Shown here piece after piece: positions 1 through 12,310 of a stretch of DNA of 64,000 nt; position 1 is the stretch's first letter; every line of letters starts with the position of its first letter. Under the pieces are notes generated by a model that had not been told where the DNA came from, ran no database searches, and saw only the letters and a program-made list of their open reading frames with translations. A program made the position numbers and the translations under genes. Source of the stretch: Torpedo marmorata (taxonomy: Eukaryota); contig OZ360239.1 in NCBI GenBank assembly GCA_977017645.1, positions 42,904,001 through 42,968,000 on the forward strand, read 5' to 3'.

Positions 1-125
1 ATAAAGAGAACAGTCACAGTTATCCTGATACACCATAATCCATTAAAATGTAAAGTATGGAGTGAAGGTAAGTTTATACTTAATTTTATACTGTGCATAT
101 GTTGCGATACCAGAGTAAAACTCAC

Positions 126-161
126 AACATCCATTTGTGTGAAACTTCCCTGGAGTATTCC
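126..161 (-). pseudogene. Candidate exon, 36 nt, GILQGSFTQMDV (phase 0-0)
   Basis: Acceptor ttttctctctcttttattttgcttaaag, donor gtgagt; open frame. Confidence 0.65.
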
Positions 162-707
162 CTTTAAGCAAAATAAAAGAGAGAGAAAAATGTATTGATA
201 TGATGATAGCAGAATACGTTATGTCAGTAAGAGATGCATATTTATCTTGTGAATAAAGGCAGCTTTTGGAAAAGTCATCGGAGGAAAACAAAAAAAAAAG
301 AAATGAAGAACCATCATCGCAAAAGAATAAAATATTTAAGGGAATGGAAACATGAAATAGATTTAAAGCTGTGTGGTGAAGGTAAAAGTGGGCAGTTTCA
401 TTTTTATTGTTTTTGCATCTTCAGGTTCTCCCTTGGAGAATTGAACAGAATGAGTCCATTTGGCTTCTCATGGCATGGATAAAGGTTTCTGATTAGTCAA
501 TCTCCACTGCTCTTTTCCCACAGACCTAAAATATCTTCTTTTTCAAGTGTCTCCAACACCTTTCTGAAAATTACCTTTAAATCTTCAATTTCCACCCTTT
601 TAAATAGTGCATTCTGCCTCAGTATCTTTCTCATTCCCTCTTCACAATACTGGAGGATAGTCAGTAAATGAAATCAACAAAACAAATTATTTATCAAAGG
701 AACTTAC

Positions 708-752
708 ATCAAAGTCAGGACAGTTTGTCCACTGTGAGCCTATTCCTTCGAG
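708..752 (-). pseudogene. Candidate exon, 45 nt, LEGIGSQWTNCPDFD (phase 0-0)
   Basis: Donor gtaagt; acceptor gatgtttag (weaker); open frame; phase fits neighbours. Confidence 0.5.
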
Positions 753-1164
753 CTAAACATCTGACAAGTTCTACATTGAATAGTGTAGCAACAATATAGA
801 GCTAGTCATACCATTGAATATTGCTTACGTTACATCCCTCTTTTAATAATGGAAAGAAAAGAACCAAACTTAATTGTCCAGTCTCTGTGTGTTTTACTGT
901 GGTACAAACGTTTTAGATACACTGGTTAGCAGTCTGTCCTTCCAGAACTGGTCTGGCTGGTCTAATCCTTCAGTCAAGTTTGTCAAGTTTTTGCACTGTC
1001 ATGCTGCAGGATTAGCAGTACACCCACTTTAGTTTTACCACAAATGTTTCTGTTTATTAAACCTCTTTGGTGGTCTTCCTGAAACAGTGGCTGCTTCTCT
1101 GATATGGGACAAGTTTATCACAATTTGTATTATCTTGGGTGTGGTGTGTGTTGAGGCATCACTG

Positions 1165-1410
1165 CCTTTAATTTAGACATTCAGCACAGTGACAGGCCCT
1201 TTTGGCCCAAGAGCCCATGCCGCCCAATTACACCCAATTGACCTACAACCCTGGTACATTTTGAAGGGTGGGAGGAAACCAGAGCACGCAGAGGAAACCC
1301 ACGCACACACGGGGAGAATGTACAAACTCCATACAGACAGCGCCGGATTCGAACCCTGGTCACTGTTACTGTAACACCGTTGTGCTAACTGCTATGCTAA
1401 CCAGGTCGCC
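1165..1410 (-). mobile_element. tRNA-derived SINE (V-SINE/HE1-like)
   Basis: Reverse complement has B box ggttcgaatcc and the central gtttgtacattctccccgtgtgtgcgtgggttt domain; homologous to copies at 3917 and 46904. Confidence 0.85.
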
Positions 1411-1748
1411 TTCTGCCACATCTGGTCTAATGTGGGCTTTATTCTAGCTGAGTTTCCAAATCTTTTTGCAGTAGTGTGCCTGTCTCCTTTTAAGTGCTTC
1501 AAGTTGTCTTCTAAGGCTGTTTTATACTTCTGGTTTTAGCAGACTTTCCGGGAGTTGTATTCTAACTCACCTATCCATAAGTGTCTGTACAAGGCTGCCC
1601 CTTATACTGGGTATTAGAATGCACCGATAGAGTCTGACTGAAAAGTTAGCCGTCACCAGTTCAATCACTACCTTCTGCTTTTTCATTTCTCCATAGAAAA
1701 TTTGGTGCTTTTGTCTCATGACTAATTTTGTGTCTCACAAATGCAGGT

Positions 1749-2385
1749 AACCTAATCTACTGTATTTGGTGTACTCACTTGTGGCCTCCTTTACGTTGGT
1801 GAGACAAAACGCAGATTAGGTGACAACTTTGCCGAACACCTACCCTTTGTTTGTGGGTCTAAACTTAAGCTTCTGTAGTCAACCATTTTAACTGCCCAAC
1901 GGTTTGTCTTTAGCCTTGTCGATTGTCAGGGTAAGGCCAAACTTAAATTGGGGAACAATACATCATATTCCTCAAAGGCAGCCTTAAAGCTAACAGCATG
2001 AACATTGATTTTTCTAATTTTAGGTAACCCCCACCCCCATCTGTTTCCTTCACTTCTTTATATACTCCTGTGCTTCTCTCTCTCTCTCTCTCTCTCTCTA
2101 ACTTTTATTTCCTCCCCACCTTTCTAATGGTTGCTCCCTCAGCCTGTCTCTCCACCTCCTACACCTTCTGTCCTATACTCTATCACCTCTGGGCCCCTCC
2201 CCAGCTTCTTCACCCCCTTTATATATGTAGTTTTACCTATTTTATCTTAGGCTTAACAAAGGGTACAGACCCAAAAAGTTGACTGACTATTTCTATCCAT
2301 GGATGCTGTCTGATTTGCTGAATTCATCCAACAATTCGTTGTGTGTCCAAGGTTCCAGCATCTGCAGCTTTTTGTTTCTCTACCT
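1749..2385 (+). mobile_element. Penelope-like element 3' fragment (decayed GIY-YIG endonuclease end plus terminal repeat)
   Basis: Reads NLIYCIWC..LLYVGETKRRLGDNFAEHL..NHFN..SMNIDFSNFR* with frameshifts, then a pyrimidine tract and a gatgctgtctga..ccagcatctgcag terminus resembling the 29-kb element. Confidence 0.8.
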
Positions 2386-3394
2386 GTCCGAGTGCCTTTT
2401 TAAATGTTGTAGTCTTAAGTGTTTATTGATTCAAGCTCAGTAACCTTGGCCCAGGCAATGCTATATCTTTCTGCTGTGCAGCTATACCTACACAAGAAAC
2501 TACTTTTCTGTTCTACAATGGGGCTGAAGAGCAATGATCTGAAATGGCTTGTGTACATTGTACATATGCACAGCTTTCCTACATGCATAATGGGGAAGCA
2601 CTTCCTGATCAAGGATCATAGCAGGTTGTTCCTTCTTAATTTGATTGGGACACATAATAGTCTTTAAGGTCCTGGTTGTGTTTACTTTGACAGGAACCAT
2701 AAGATGGTAGATTCAAGGCCCTTTTCTGAGGCAGCTGTTTATAATGTCAGCTCCATCTTACAATCAATGTATTGCATCACAGGCTTTGCTGTGACTTGTC
2801 TCCTTAATCCATTTGACTGCTTTTACACAAGCATCCAGTAAATACCATTCAATGTCCCACTTGTGGAGTTGCATGCACACCTCACTCGGGCAACACAGGA
2901 ATTTGCTGGAATAGTTAATAATCCCCAGTCAGGTTTGGAATCTTGCGACATCTGTCAGGTTTGGCATCTGCTTTAACTCCTTGACTTTTTTCTGGATCTG
3001 GTTTCAGATCCTCTCTGGTGGTCAGTTGACCCATGAAGGAGGCTTCTTTCACTTTGAAGGTGAAATTTTGCTTCTCCTTGTGTCTTGCTCATGAAGGCTT
3101 TAAGCTTTTGGCCAGGGTCTGATGCTGCTTCTCCCACTATTTCTTCTTCTTCATGGTCTTTATATCACCAAGATCTTCAAGGGCAGTATTCAGTCTTATC
3201 TGAAATGCACCTGCTGCTCTGTTGATTCCAAATGGGATTCTTCTCCACCTTATAATGTACTGAAATGGTTAAATATGAACTCTTCTCAAACTCTACTGGT
3301 CAGAACCCATATTTGCCCCCGGCACTGAAATGTTTGGTTCTCATACCTGACACATGGCATATTGTGGTAATTTTAATTTCTACTATTTTTGTTG

Positions 3395-3495
3395 GTGTTT
3401 CTTACATATCTGTGTGGCTGCAGCAAGTAAGAATTTCAATGCATCTGTACATTGTACTTACTGTATGCATGTGACAATAAATTCTCATACTCATA
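3395..3495 (+). mobile_element. Rex1/Babar-type LINE 3' end fragment
   Basis: gctgcagcaagtaagaattt..atgtgacaataaa; similar to the minus-strand fragment at 63412-63577. Confidence 0.55.
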
Positions 3496-3916
3496 GCAAA
3501 ATACTTTCTTTTTGCTTTGTGGGGTGCCTGCTCCTCTACAGAGCCCCTTTACGGTCCTTTGGATCAAGATAGATTCTAAGCTTGCTGTTAGAATTCTCAG
3601 CATGCATTGTCAGATATCCAGAGGTAGGTGTGTGCGCCGGTACTACTTTCTCCCCATGTCAGTCTTCCTAATTTGACTTTATGCTATGGTTTGAGAGTTA
3701 CTGAAATAACTTGGCCGGTGAACTATCCATCAAATGCTTCTAGTCATTTGGAACAAGATAATATTTGCCTTCTACTTTCCCTGTTTGGTGAAAGGCATTT
3801 TCATCTGTGTGTCACGTGACTAACACTGAATCAATCCTCATGATCCTGTAAGGGATACCTTCATCTGTCCTATTTGCTGCCCCATAATATTTTCACAGAT
3901 ATCAACAGCCTCTTCA

Positions 3917-4173
3917 ATTTATTTAATTTAGACATACAGCACGGTAACGGGCCATTTTGGCCCAAGAGTCAGTGCCGCCCAATTATACGCAATTAACCTA
4001 CAAACCCCGGTATGTTTCGAATGGTGGGAGGAAACCGGAGCCCCCGGGGCAAACCCACGCAGACACGGGGAGAATGTACAAACTCCTTACAGAAAGCGCT
4101 GGATTCAAACCCCGGTCCCGATCGCTGGCGCTGTAAAGGCATTGCGCTAACCGCTACGCCAACCGTGCCGTCC
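3917..4173 (-). mobile_element. tRNA-derived SINE (V-SINE/HE1-like)
   Basis: Head ggcacggttggcgtagcggttagcgc (A box), ggtttgaatcc (B box), AT-rich tail; same family as 46904. Confidence 0.9.
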
Positions 4174-6369
4174 ATTATATATTATTTGTAGAGGTGATTT
4201 TCTAATCCATATCGCATACATTTTATTCCATATTCAGGGCATTTCTTTTTCAGCCACTCCAGTTACAGTCACAATGCTTGAAAGATCTAACTAACCTTTA
4301 TGGTAGATTCTCTGTTCTTCCCTTTGTCTGTGCTTCATTACATGTACTTCCTTCTATTGCCCATCCAATATTTCCAGCCAGGCTTCAGATGGCCCTGGAG
4401 AATCATATGTCTGTGCTCATTTCTTTGTCTCACGCATTAGCCATTCCCTTAGGATTGACTCCCAGATTCCACAAATAATCCAATCTGATGAGCAAGCCCT
4501 TCAAATCTGCAAAGGTGCATTTACCTGCTAACAATCTGAGTTTTGTTAAGATTAAAGAAATCTCCCTGCTCCTGGTTGCATGTAAAGACCCAGTAACTGT
4601 GAAATGTTTAACTTGTAGGTGGATGGCAATGTGCTTGCAATGCCTTCTCTTTTCTTTTTCAATCTTTTTATTAACATTTCATAATATACATAGCATAAGG
4701 AGAATAGAAATAACACAATTAAAAAGGTATGTCCAAGTCTACATAGTATAAAGAGTGAAAATGTGACTTATTAGAAATAATTCTCCTAACAAAGAAAACA
4801 GAGATAAAGAAATAATTATAATATTATAATATTATATATATAAAAACCCCAACTAATCTACTAAAAAAACATATAATAAAAAAACAACAAAAAAACAAAA
4901 CAACTGAGCGGCCTAACCCGAGGATCTGTCGATTAGTTTAAAACACAGCTCCGGTCCACACCTACAGATAACAAAAACGGCAAGAATTATATTACGTCTG
5001 GAAAGGAAGAGTTAATTCATAGAATAATGCCAGTTATATCCCATGAAAGTAATCAATAAATGGTTTCCATGTTTCTTCAAATTTAGTAGTTGTATCTAAA
5101 GTACGACTTCTGATTTTTTCTAGATTTAAGAAAGACATAACATGAGCAAGCCATTGAAATAATGTAGGAGAATCAGAGTCTTTCCATTTAAATAAAATGG
5201 CTCTTCCAGCAAATAGTGTAGAAAAAGCTATAACTCGATATGCAGAAGTAGGTAAACAACCTACATCTGTAATTCCAAAAAGAGCAGTTAGGGGTTAGGT
5301 TGTAATTGAATAACCAGTATCATTGATAGAGTTTTAAAAATATCTTTCCAAACTCTTCCTAACATGGGGCATGACCAAAACATATGAGTCAATGAAGCCA
5401 CATCAGTATTGCATCTATCACAAATAGAGCTCGTATTAGGAAAGATGCGAGCTAGTTTATCTTTAGACATATAAGCTCTATGAACTATTTTAAACTGTAT
5501 TAAAGAATGACGTGCACAACGTGAAGAAGTATTAACTAGTCTAGTAATTCTTCCCCATGTTTCAGGAGATAATGTTAGTTGAAGTTCCGATTCCCATGTT
5601 TGTCGAATCTTATCCATGGGACTGATCTCAAATTTAATATAAGAGGATAAATAGTACCAATTAAACCCTTCTGAAAGGGGTTTAACCAGAACAAATTGTC
5701 AAGTAAATCTGGTTGTTGTAATGTTAGATAATTAGACATTACCGTATTCAGGTAATTTCTAATCTGTAAATATCTAAAAAAATGCGTGTATGGTAAATTA
5801 TATTTGGTAGAAAGTTGTTCAAAAGACATCAAAACACCATCAGCGAATAAATCTACAAAAGAGATAATTCCTTTAATCTTCCAAATAAGGAAGGTTTGGT
5901 CAAGAGTAGATGGTGTAAAAAAATAATTAAGATATATATTAGCCAAGGCAAAAAATCTTAGTCCAAAAAACCTTCGAATTTGAAACCAAATACGTAATTA
6001 ATATTTAATAATTGGATTGGAAATATTGTATACTTACTGATCTTAGATAGTCTAAAAGGTAATGCTAGTCCTAAAAAAGAAGCTAAGGAATAATTCTGGA
6101 CAGATTTCAATTCCAAATTTACCCAGAATGGACGATCACATTTATCAAAGTAATAAAATTAATACAGGTAGTCCTCGACTTACGACCGTAATTGGGACCG
6201 AAGGAGTGGTCGTAACTCGGATTGGTCGTAAGTCGGATTCATCCTGCCGCGCATATCTGCTACCACCCCCACCAATATTATTTTCAGTTTAAAGCCTTGT
6301 TTCCAGCTCTAGTTGGTGTATTTACTTGGATACTGGTCCTAGCTAATTCAAGGGAAACCCATCCTTATG

Positions 6370-6665
6370 GAACAGCTCACCCATCCGAGCTCCCGACACC
6401 CCGACCGCCTGCCCATCCGAGCTCCCGACGCACCAGCCATCCGCTCATCGGAGCTCCAAACGCCTCGTCCGCGGATCCTTGCCTGGGCCGCCCGTCAATC
6501 CGAGCTCCAGACGCACCAGCCACCCGCTCATCGGAACTCCAGACGCCCCGACCGCCCACCCATGCGAGCTCCGGACGCCTCGGCCACCCGCCCACCGGAG
6601 CTCCCGACGCCCCCGACCGTGGATCCTTGCCTGGGCCGCCCGTCCATCCGAACTCCCGACGCCCC
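6370..6665. repeat. GC-rich minisatellite (about 28-30 bp unit, cccatccgagctcccgacgccccgaccg) inside the Tigger-like element
   Basis: About ten degenerate tandem units; source of the Pro/Arg/Ser-rich spurious ORFs. Confidence 0.85.
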
Positions 6666-6678
6666 AAACATGTCTTCA

Positions 6679-6835
6679 AAATTAAAACACAGATCAATGG
6701 TCGTCTTCGTTACCCATAATCCCCCACGCAGCTGGAACCGCTCTGCCAGCGCCAGCACCAAGGAAACGCAGAGTGGTTCCAGCTGCATGGGGGATTATGG
6801 GTAACGAAGACGGCCATTGATTTGTGTTTTAATTT
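6679..6835. repeat. Long inverted repeat (68-bp arms, 21-nt loop)
   Basis: 6679-6746 is the reverse complement of 6768-6835 with 4 transition mismatches. Confidence 0.95.
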
Positions 6836-7845
6836 CAACTGTTACAACGGTACCGGTAAGGTTGTTAAGTTTATTTCTATTTAATGTAGTTGTAGTTAAG
6901 AGGGGGTTATGGAGAGAGGCAGTTGGGTTAGTCATGTGTTCCGAATGCAGGATGTGGAAGGTCAGGGACATCAGAAATGTTCCTGATGACCACACCTGCA
7001 AAAGGTGCATCCAGATGCAACTCCTGAGAGACCAAGTTAGGGAATTGGAGTTGCAGCTGGATGAACTTCGGAACATGAGGGAGGCAGAGGTAGTCATAGA
7101 AAGGAGTTTCAGGGAGACAGTCACCCCAAATAGACAGGAGTCAGCTAACTGGGTGACTGTGAGGAAAGGGAAGGGGGGGAGACAGACAGTGCAGGGAACC
7201 CCTGTGGCCGTTCCCCTCAATAATAAGTATACTGTTTTGGATACTGTTGGGGGGGATGACCTACCAGGGACAAGTCGCGGGGGTCAGGTCTCTGGCACGG
7301 GGGCTGGCCCCTTGGCTCAGAAGGGAAGGGGGGAAAAGAGGAGAGCTTTTGTAATTGGGGACTCGCTGGTTAGAGGAACAGATAGGAGGTTTGCTGGACG
7401 AGATCGGAGCTCCCAGTTGGTATGTTGCCTTCCAGGTGCCAGGGTCAAGGATGTCTCTGATCGAGTACACAGCATTCTGGAGGGGGAGGGCGAGCAGCCA
7501 GGTGTCATGGTCCACGTGGGGACCAATGACATAGAAAGAAATGGGGATGAGGTCCTGAAGAAGGAATATAAGGAGTTAGGAAGGAAGTTAAAAAGCAGGA
7601 CCTCGAGGGTGGTAATCTCAGGATTGCTGCCTGTGCCACGCGCTAGAGAGGGTAGGAATAGGAAGATGTGGAGGATGAATGTGTGGCTAAAGAGATGGTG
7701 CTGGGGGCAGGGGTTCACATTTGTGGATCATTGGGATCTCTTCTGGGGAAGGTCTGACCTGTTCAAAAGGGATGGGCTGCACTTGAACTGGAGGGGACCA
7801 ATATCCTGGCAGGTAGGTTTGCTAGAGCTGTTGGGGAGGGTTTAA
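6817..7845 (+). CDS. CR1 ORF1: zinc finger + coiled coil + SGNH/GDSL esterase (frameshift near C-terminus)
   Basis: CxxC...CxxC, LRDQVRELELQLDEL coil, GDSLVR, HVGTND, DGLHLN motifs. Confidence 0.88.
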   Translation: MICVLISTVTTVPVRLLSLFLFNVVVVKRGLWREAVGLVMCSECRMWKVRDIRNVPDDHTCKRCIQMQLLRDQVRELELQLDELRNMREAEVVIERSFRETVTPNRQESANWVTVRKGKGGRQTVQGTPVAVPLNNKYTVLDTVGGDDLPGTSRGGQVSGTGAGPLAQKGRGEKRRAFVIGDSLVRGTDRRFAGRDRSSQLVCCLPGARVKDVSDRVHSILEGEGEQPGVMVHVGTNDIERNGDEVLKKEYKELGRKLKSRTSRVVISGLLPVPRAREGRNRKMWRMNVWLKRWCWGQGFTFVDHWDLFWGRSDLFKRDGLHLNWRGPISWQVGLLELLGRV

Positions 7846-10800
7846 ACAAGTTTGGCAGGCCGTGGGAATCAGAATGAGAAGGTGGAGATTAGGGTAGATT
7901 TGAAGGAGAGGAACCAGAATGTTAAAGTTAATGAAGGAGAGGGTAATCAAAGGAGTGAATGTGGGGGACATTCTCTCAAGTGTATATATTTCAATGCAAG
8001 GAGCATTGTAAGAAAGGTGGATGAGCTTAGAGTATGGATTGATACATGGAAATATGATATTGTAGCCATCAGTGAAACTTGCTTGCAGGAGGGGCATGAT
8101 TGGCAGCTAAATATTCCAGGATTCTGTTGTTTTAGGCGTGATAGAACAGGGGGGATAAAAGGTTGAGGAGTCGCAGTGCTTGTTAGAGAAACCATTACAG
8201 CGGTGCTATGGCAGGATAGATTGGAGGGCTCGTCCAGTGAGGCTATTTGGGTGGAATTAAGGAATGGGAAAGGCATGAAAACACTAATGGGAGTGTATTA
8301 TAGACCACCGAATCGGCAGAGGGAATTAGAGGAGGAAATTTGTAAGGAGATAGAATATATGTGTAATAAACATAAGGTGGTGATTTTAGGTGATTTTAAC
8401 TTTCCACACATTGATTGGGATGCCCATACTGTAATAGGGCAGGATGGGTTGGAGTTTGTCAAATGTGTTCAGGAAAGTTTTCTAAATCAATACATAGAAG
8501 AACCGACGAGAGAGGGGGCAGTATTGGATCTCCTATTTGGGAACGAGATAGGTCAGGTGACAGAGGTTTGTGTTGGGGAACACCTTGGGTCTAGTGATCA
8601 TAATACCATTAGTTTTAGGTTGATAATGGAGAAGGATAGGGCTGGGCCTAAGGTTGAGATTCTTGATTGGAATAAGGCAAATTTCAAGGAGATGAGGAAA
8701 GATTTAGAGGGTGTGGATTGGGATAATTTATTTTTAGGGAAGGATGTCACAGATAAATGGAGGATATTCAAAGGGGAAATTTTGAGAGTACAGAGTCGGT
8801 TCGTCCCTGTGAGGATTAAAGGAAGAGTTAGAAAATATAGGGAGCCTTGGTTTTCAAAGGATATTGGGAATTTGGTTCGGACGAAGAGGGATGTGTACAA
8901 CAGGTATAGACAGCAGGGAATAGATGAGGTCCTTGAGGAATATAAGGAGTGTAAAAAAAATCTTAAGAAAGAAATTAGAAAGGCTAAAAGGAGATATGAG
9001 GCTGCTTTGGCAGGCAAGGTAAAAATAAATCCAAAGGGTTTCTACAGGTACATTAAAAGCAAAAGAATAGTGAGGGATAAAATTGGACCCATTGAGGATC
9101 AGACGGGTAGGCTATGTGAGAAGTCAGAGGAGATGGGGGAGATTTTAAATGAATTTTTTTCTTCAGTATTTACAAAGGAAAGGAATATTGAGCCAGGTGA
9201 GGTTAGGAAATCTGGCAGTGAGGTCATGGATAATATAAAGATTAATGAGGAGGTAGTATTGGCTATTTTAAAGAGTATAAAGGTGGATAAATCTCCAGGT
9301 GCTGACAGGATATTTCCGAGAACCCTGAGGGAGGTTAGTGTACAAATAGTGGGGGCTCTGACAGAAATATTTAAAATGTCACTGGCCACGGGGGAGGTGC
9401 TGGAGGATTGGAGGGTAGCTCATGTTGTCCCGCTGTTTAAGAAGGACTCCAAAAGTAAACCTGGAAATTATAGGCCTGTGAATCTGACATCGGTGGTGGG
9501 TAAATTAATGGAGAGTGTTCTTAGAGATGGTGTATACAGTTATTTGGAAAGACAAGCATTGATTAGGAGTAGTCAACACGGTTTTGTTCGTGGTAGATCA
9601 TGTTTGACAAATCTCATAGAGTTTTTCGATGAGGTTACTAAGAGGGTTGATGAGGGGAAGGCTGTGGATGTTGTCTATATGGACTTTAGTAAGGCATTTG
9701 ACAAGGTTCCGCATAAGAGGCTCGTTAGGAAGGTTCAAGCATTAGGTATTAACGACGAAGTAGTGAAATGGATTCAACAATGGTTGGATAGGAGATGCCA
9801 GAGAGTAGTGGTGGAAAATTGTTTGTCAAATTGGAGGCCGGTGACTAGTGGAGTGCATCAGGGATCGGTACTGGGTCCATTGCTGTTTGTCATATATACC
9901 GGTATTAATGATCTAGATGATAGGGTGGTAAATTGGATTAGTAAGTATGCAGATGATACGAAGATTGGTGGTGTTGTGGACAGTGAAGAGGGATATCAAA
10001 GCTTGCAGGGGGATATAGGACAGTTAGAAGAGTGGGCGGAAACATGGCAGATGGAGTTTAATACTATAAATGTGAGGTGCTACATTTTGGTAGGATTAAT
10101 CAGCAAAGGTCATACATGTTAAATGGAAGACAATTGAGAAGTGCAGTAGAACAGAGGGATTTAGGAATTCTGGTACATAATTCCCTGAAAGTTGAGTCAC
10201 ACGTAGATAGGGTGGTGAAGAAAGCATTTGGTATGTTGGCCTTCATAAATCAGAGTATTGAATTTCGGAGTTGGGATGTCATGTTGAAGTTGTATAAGGC
10301 ATTGGTGAGGCCAAATTTGGAATATTGTGTGCAGTTTTGGTCGCCGAATTATAGGAAGGATATAAACAGAATGGAGAGAGTGCAGAGGAGATTTACAAGA
10401 ATGTTGCCAGGGTTCCTGGGTTTGAGTTACAGGGAAAGGTTGAGCAGGCTGGGACTTTATTCCCTGGAGCGTAGAAGATTGAGGGGTGATTTGATAGAGG
10501 TATTTAAAATTATGAAGGGGACAGATAGAGTCAATGTGGACAGGCTTTTTCCATTGAGAGTGGGGGAGATTCAAACAAGAGGGCATGGATTGAGATTGAA
10601 GGGGGAAACGTTTAGAGGAAACATGAGGGGGAATTTCTTCACTCAGAGGGTGGTAGGAGGGTAGAACGAGCTTCCGGCCGATGTGGTAGATGCTGGTGCA
10701 ATTTTAATGTTTAAGGAAAGGTTGGATAGGTATATGGACGAGAGAGGTGTGGAGGGTTATGGGCCAGGTGCAGGTCAGTGGGACTAGGTGGGAGAATGTG

Positions 10801-10865
10801 TTCGGCATGGACTAGAAGGGCCAAACTGGCCTGTTTATGTGCTGTAAATGTTATATGTTTATATG
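6845..10865 (+). mobile_element. CR1 LINE, near full length, inactivated
   Basis: ORF1 and ORF2 motifs below; short ttatatg-like 3' tail; possible 4-bp gtta duplication at 6841 and 10866 (tentative). Confidence 0.93.
7852..10664 (+). pseudogene. CR1 ORF2 (APE endonuclease + reverse transcriptase), one stop and one frameshift
   Basis: NARSI, GDFN, SDH, NYRPV, DFSKAFD, QGSVLGP, YADD; split into ORFs 7852-8166, 8176-10122, 10077-10664. Confidence 0.92.
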
Positions 10866-11286
10866 GTTAACACTTTAATGAAACCCTGATTTAGCGCGAC
10901 CCCGCTTTTTTTGCGATGTGATTTTTGTGAACTTCAAGTAAATACTGTAATAAAGAATCTCAACACATATACAGTACTTTTAATACAAAAAAAATTTTGG
11001 TCGTATGTGCGGGTGGACGTAACTCGCGTAGGTCGTAAGTCGAGGACTACCTGTATAGCGTATATTAACTGCCCAATAGTACAATCTCAAATGCGGTAAG
11101 GCCATACCTCCATCCTTCTTAAGTTTCTGTAAGTGAAACTTATTCAATCTGGCCCCCTTACCATTCCAAATATAAGATGAAATCTTCGAATCAATATTAT
11201 CAAAATAAGGTTTCGGAATAAAAATTGGGTCAGCTTGAAATAGGTATAAAAATCTAGGTAATATTATCATCTTAACAGCATTAATA

Positions 11287-11802
11287 CAGGTGCCTAACCT
11301 TTTATCCGAAATTCTGAAAACTGAAAACATCTGAAAACTGAACATTTTTTCCAGTATATTTTCAAGTGTTTAGCTTAGTTTGAGCCAGTTAATGTTTGAA
11401 GTTTTACTGTATGTTTTACTTAAAAATAAAAAGAACGCTAGTAATTTTATGGTCTATCTTTATCTCACTTCATTTACCACCCCCCCACATCCAGCGCCGC
11501 CGCGAACCCCCCGTCCAGCGCCGCTGTGAACACCCCCGTGCAGCACCGCCAAGAACACCCCTGTCCAGCACCACCGCCAATGCCGCCGCGAACACCCCCG
11601 TCCAGCGCCGCCGTGAACACCCCCCCATCCAACACCGCCGTCCAGAAACCCTTCTATTTGGAGTGTGTCTTTGTTTTGTGCGAATCTGAAGCAACGCAAT
11701 TATTTAAAAGTACCGTCGTTACAATAATTCTATAATCCGAAAAAATCCGAATTCCGAAAAGTGTCCGGTCCCAAGGTTTTCGGATAAAAGGTTAGGCTCC
11801 TG
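11287..11802. mobile_element. Second Tigger/pogo-like MITE (516 bp) with internal GC-rich 24-bp repeats
   Basis: TIR caggtgcctaaccttttatccgaaa / tttcggataaaaggttaggctcctg; TA duplication 11285-11286 and 11803-11804; host L1 reads LVGR|INAVKM when it is removed. Confidence 0.92.
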
Positions 11803-12310
11803 TACGACCAACCAAAGACAAAGTCAATGAGGACCATCTAGTAAAAGATTGTTTCACAAAATCTAATAAAGGAAATTTTTAAAATTTAAACAGATCTTTA
11901 AATTTCCTAGTGATTTTAACACCTAAATAAGTAAAATACTCATTAACAATCTTAAATGGCATATTATCATAAATAGGATCATGTGAGTTTATTGGGAATA
12001 ATTCACTTTTATGAAAATTTAGTTTATATCCTAAAAAACTCCCAAAATCTGATAGTAAAGAGAGCATCGCAGGGATAGAATTAGCAGGATCTGAAATATA
12101 GACTAAAAGATCATTTGCATATTAAGAGACTTTATGTACTTCATCTCTTCTACTAATACCTTGAATCTCAATTGAATTAAAGAGTGCAATTGCAAGGGGT
12201 TCTAACGCCAGATTAAAAAGTAAAGGGCTGAGGGGAAAACCTTGTCTCGCACCTCAAAACAATTTGAGTAGGGAAGATTTTTGATTATTAGTAATAACTA
12301 CTGCAGTTGG

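Larger units (their letters stand above)
6165..11053. mobile_element. Non-autonomous Tc1/mariner-pogo (Tigger-like) element, about 0.87 kb net, carrying a CR1 insertion
   Basis: Perfect 23-bp TIR caggtagtcctcgacttacgacc (6165-6187 / 11031-11053); TA duplication at 6163-6164 and 11054-11055; no transposase ORF. Confidence 0.92.

Noticed and set aside
6222-6804. Overlapping Pro/Arg/Ser-rich ORFs on both strands
   Set aside because: Stop-free by-products of the GC-rich minisatellite and hairpin inside a MITE.
10943-10976. TACTGTA/TACAGTA as Tc1 excision footprints
   Set aside because: No sibling or coding frame to prove insertion; such 7-mers are common in AT-rich DNA.
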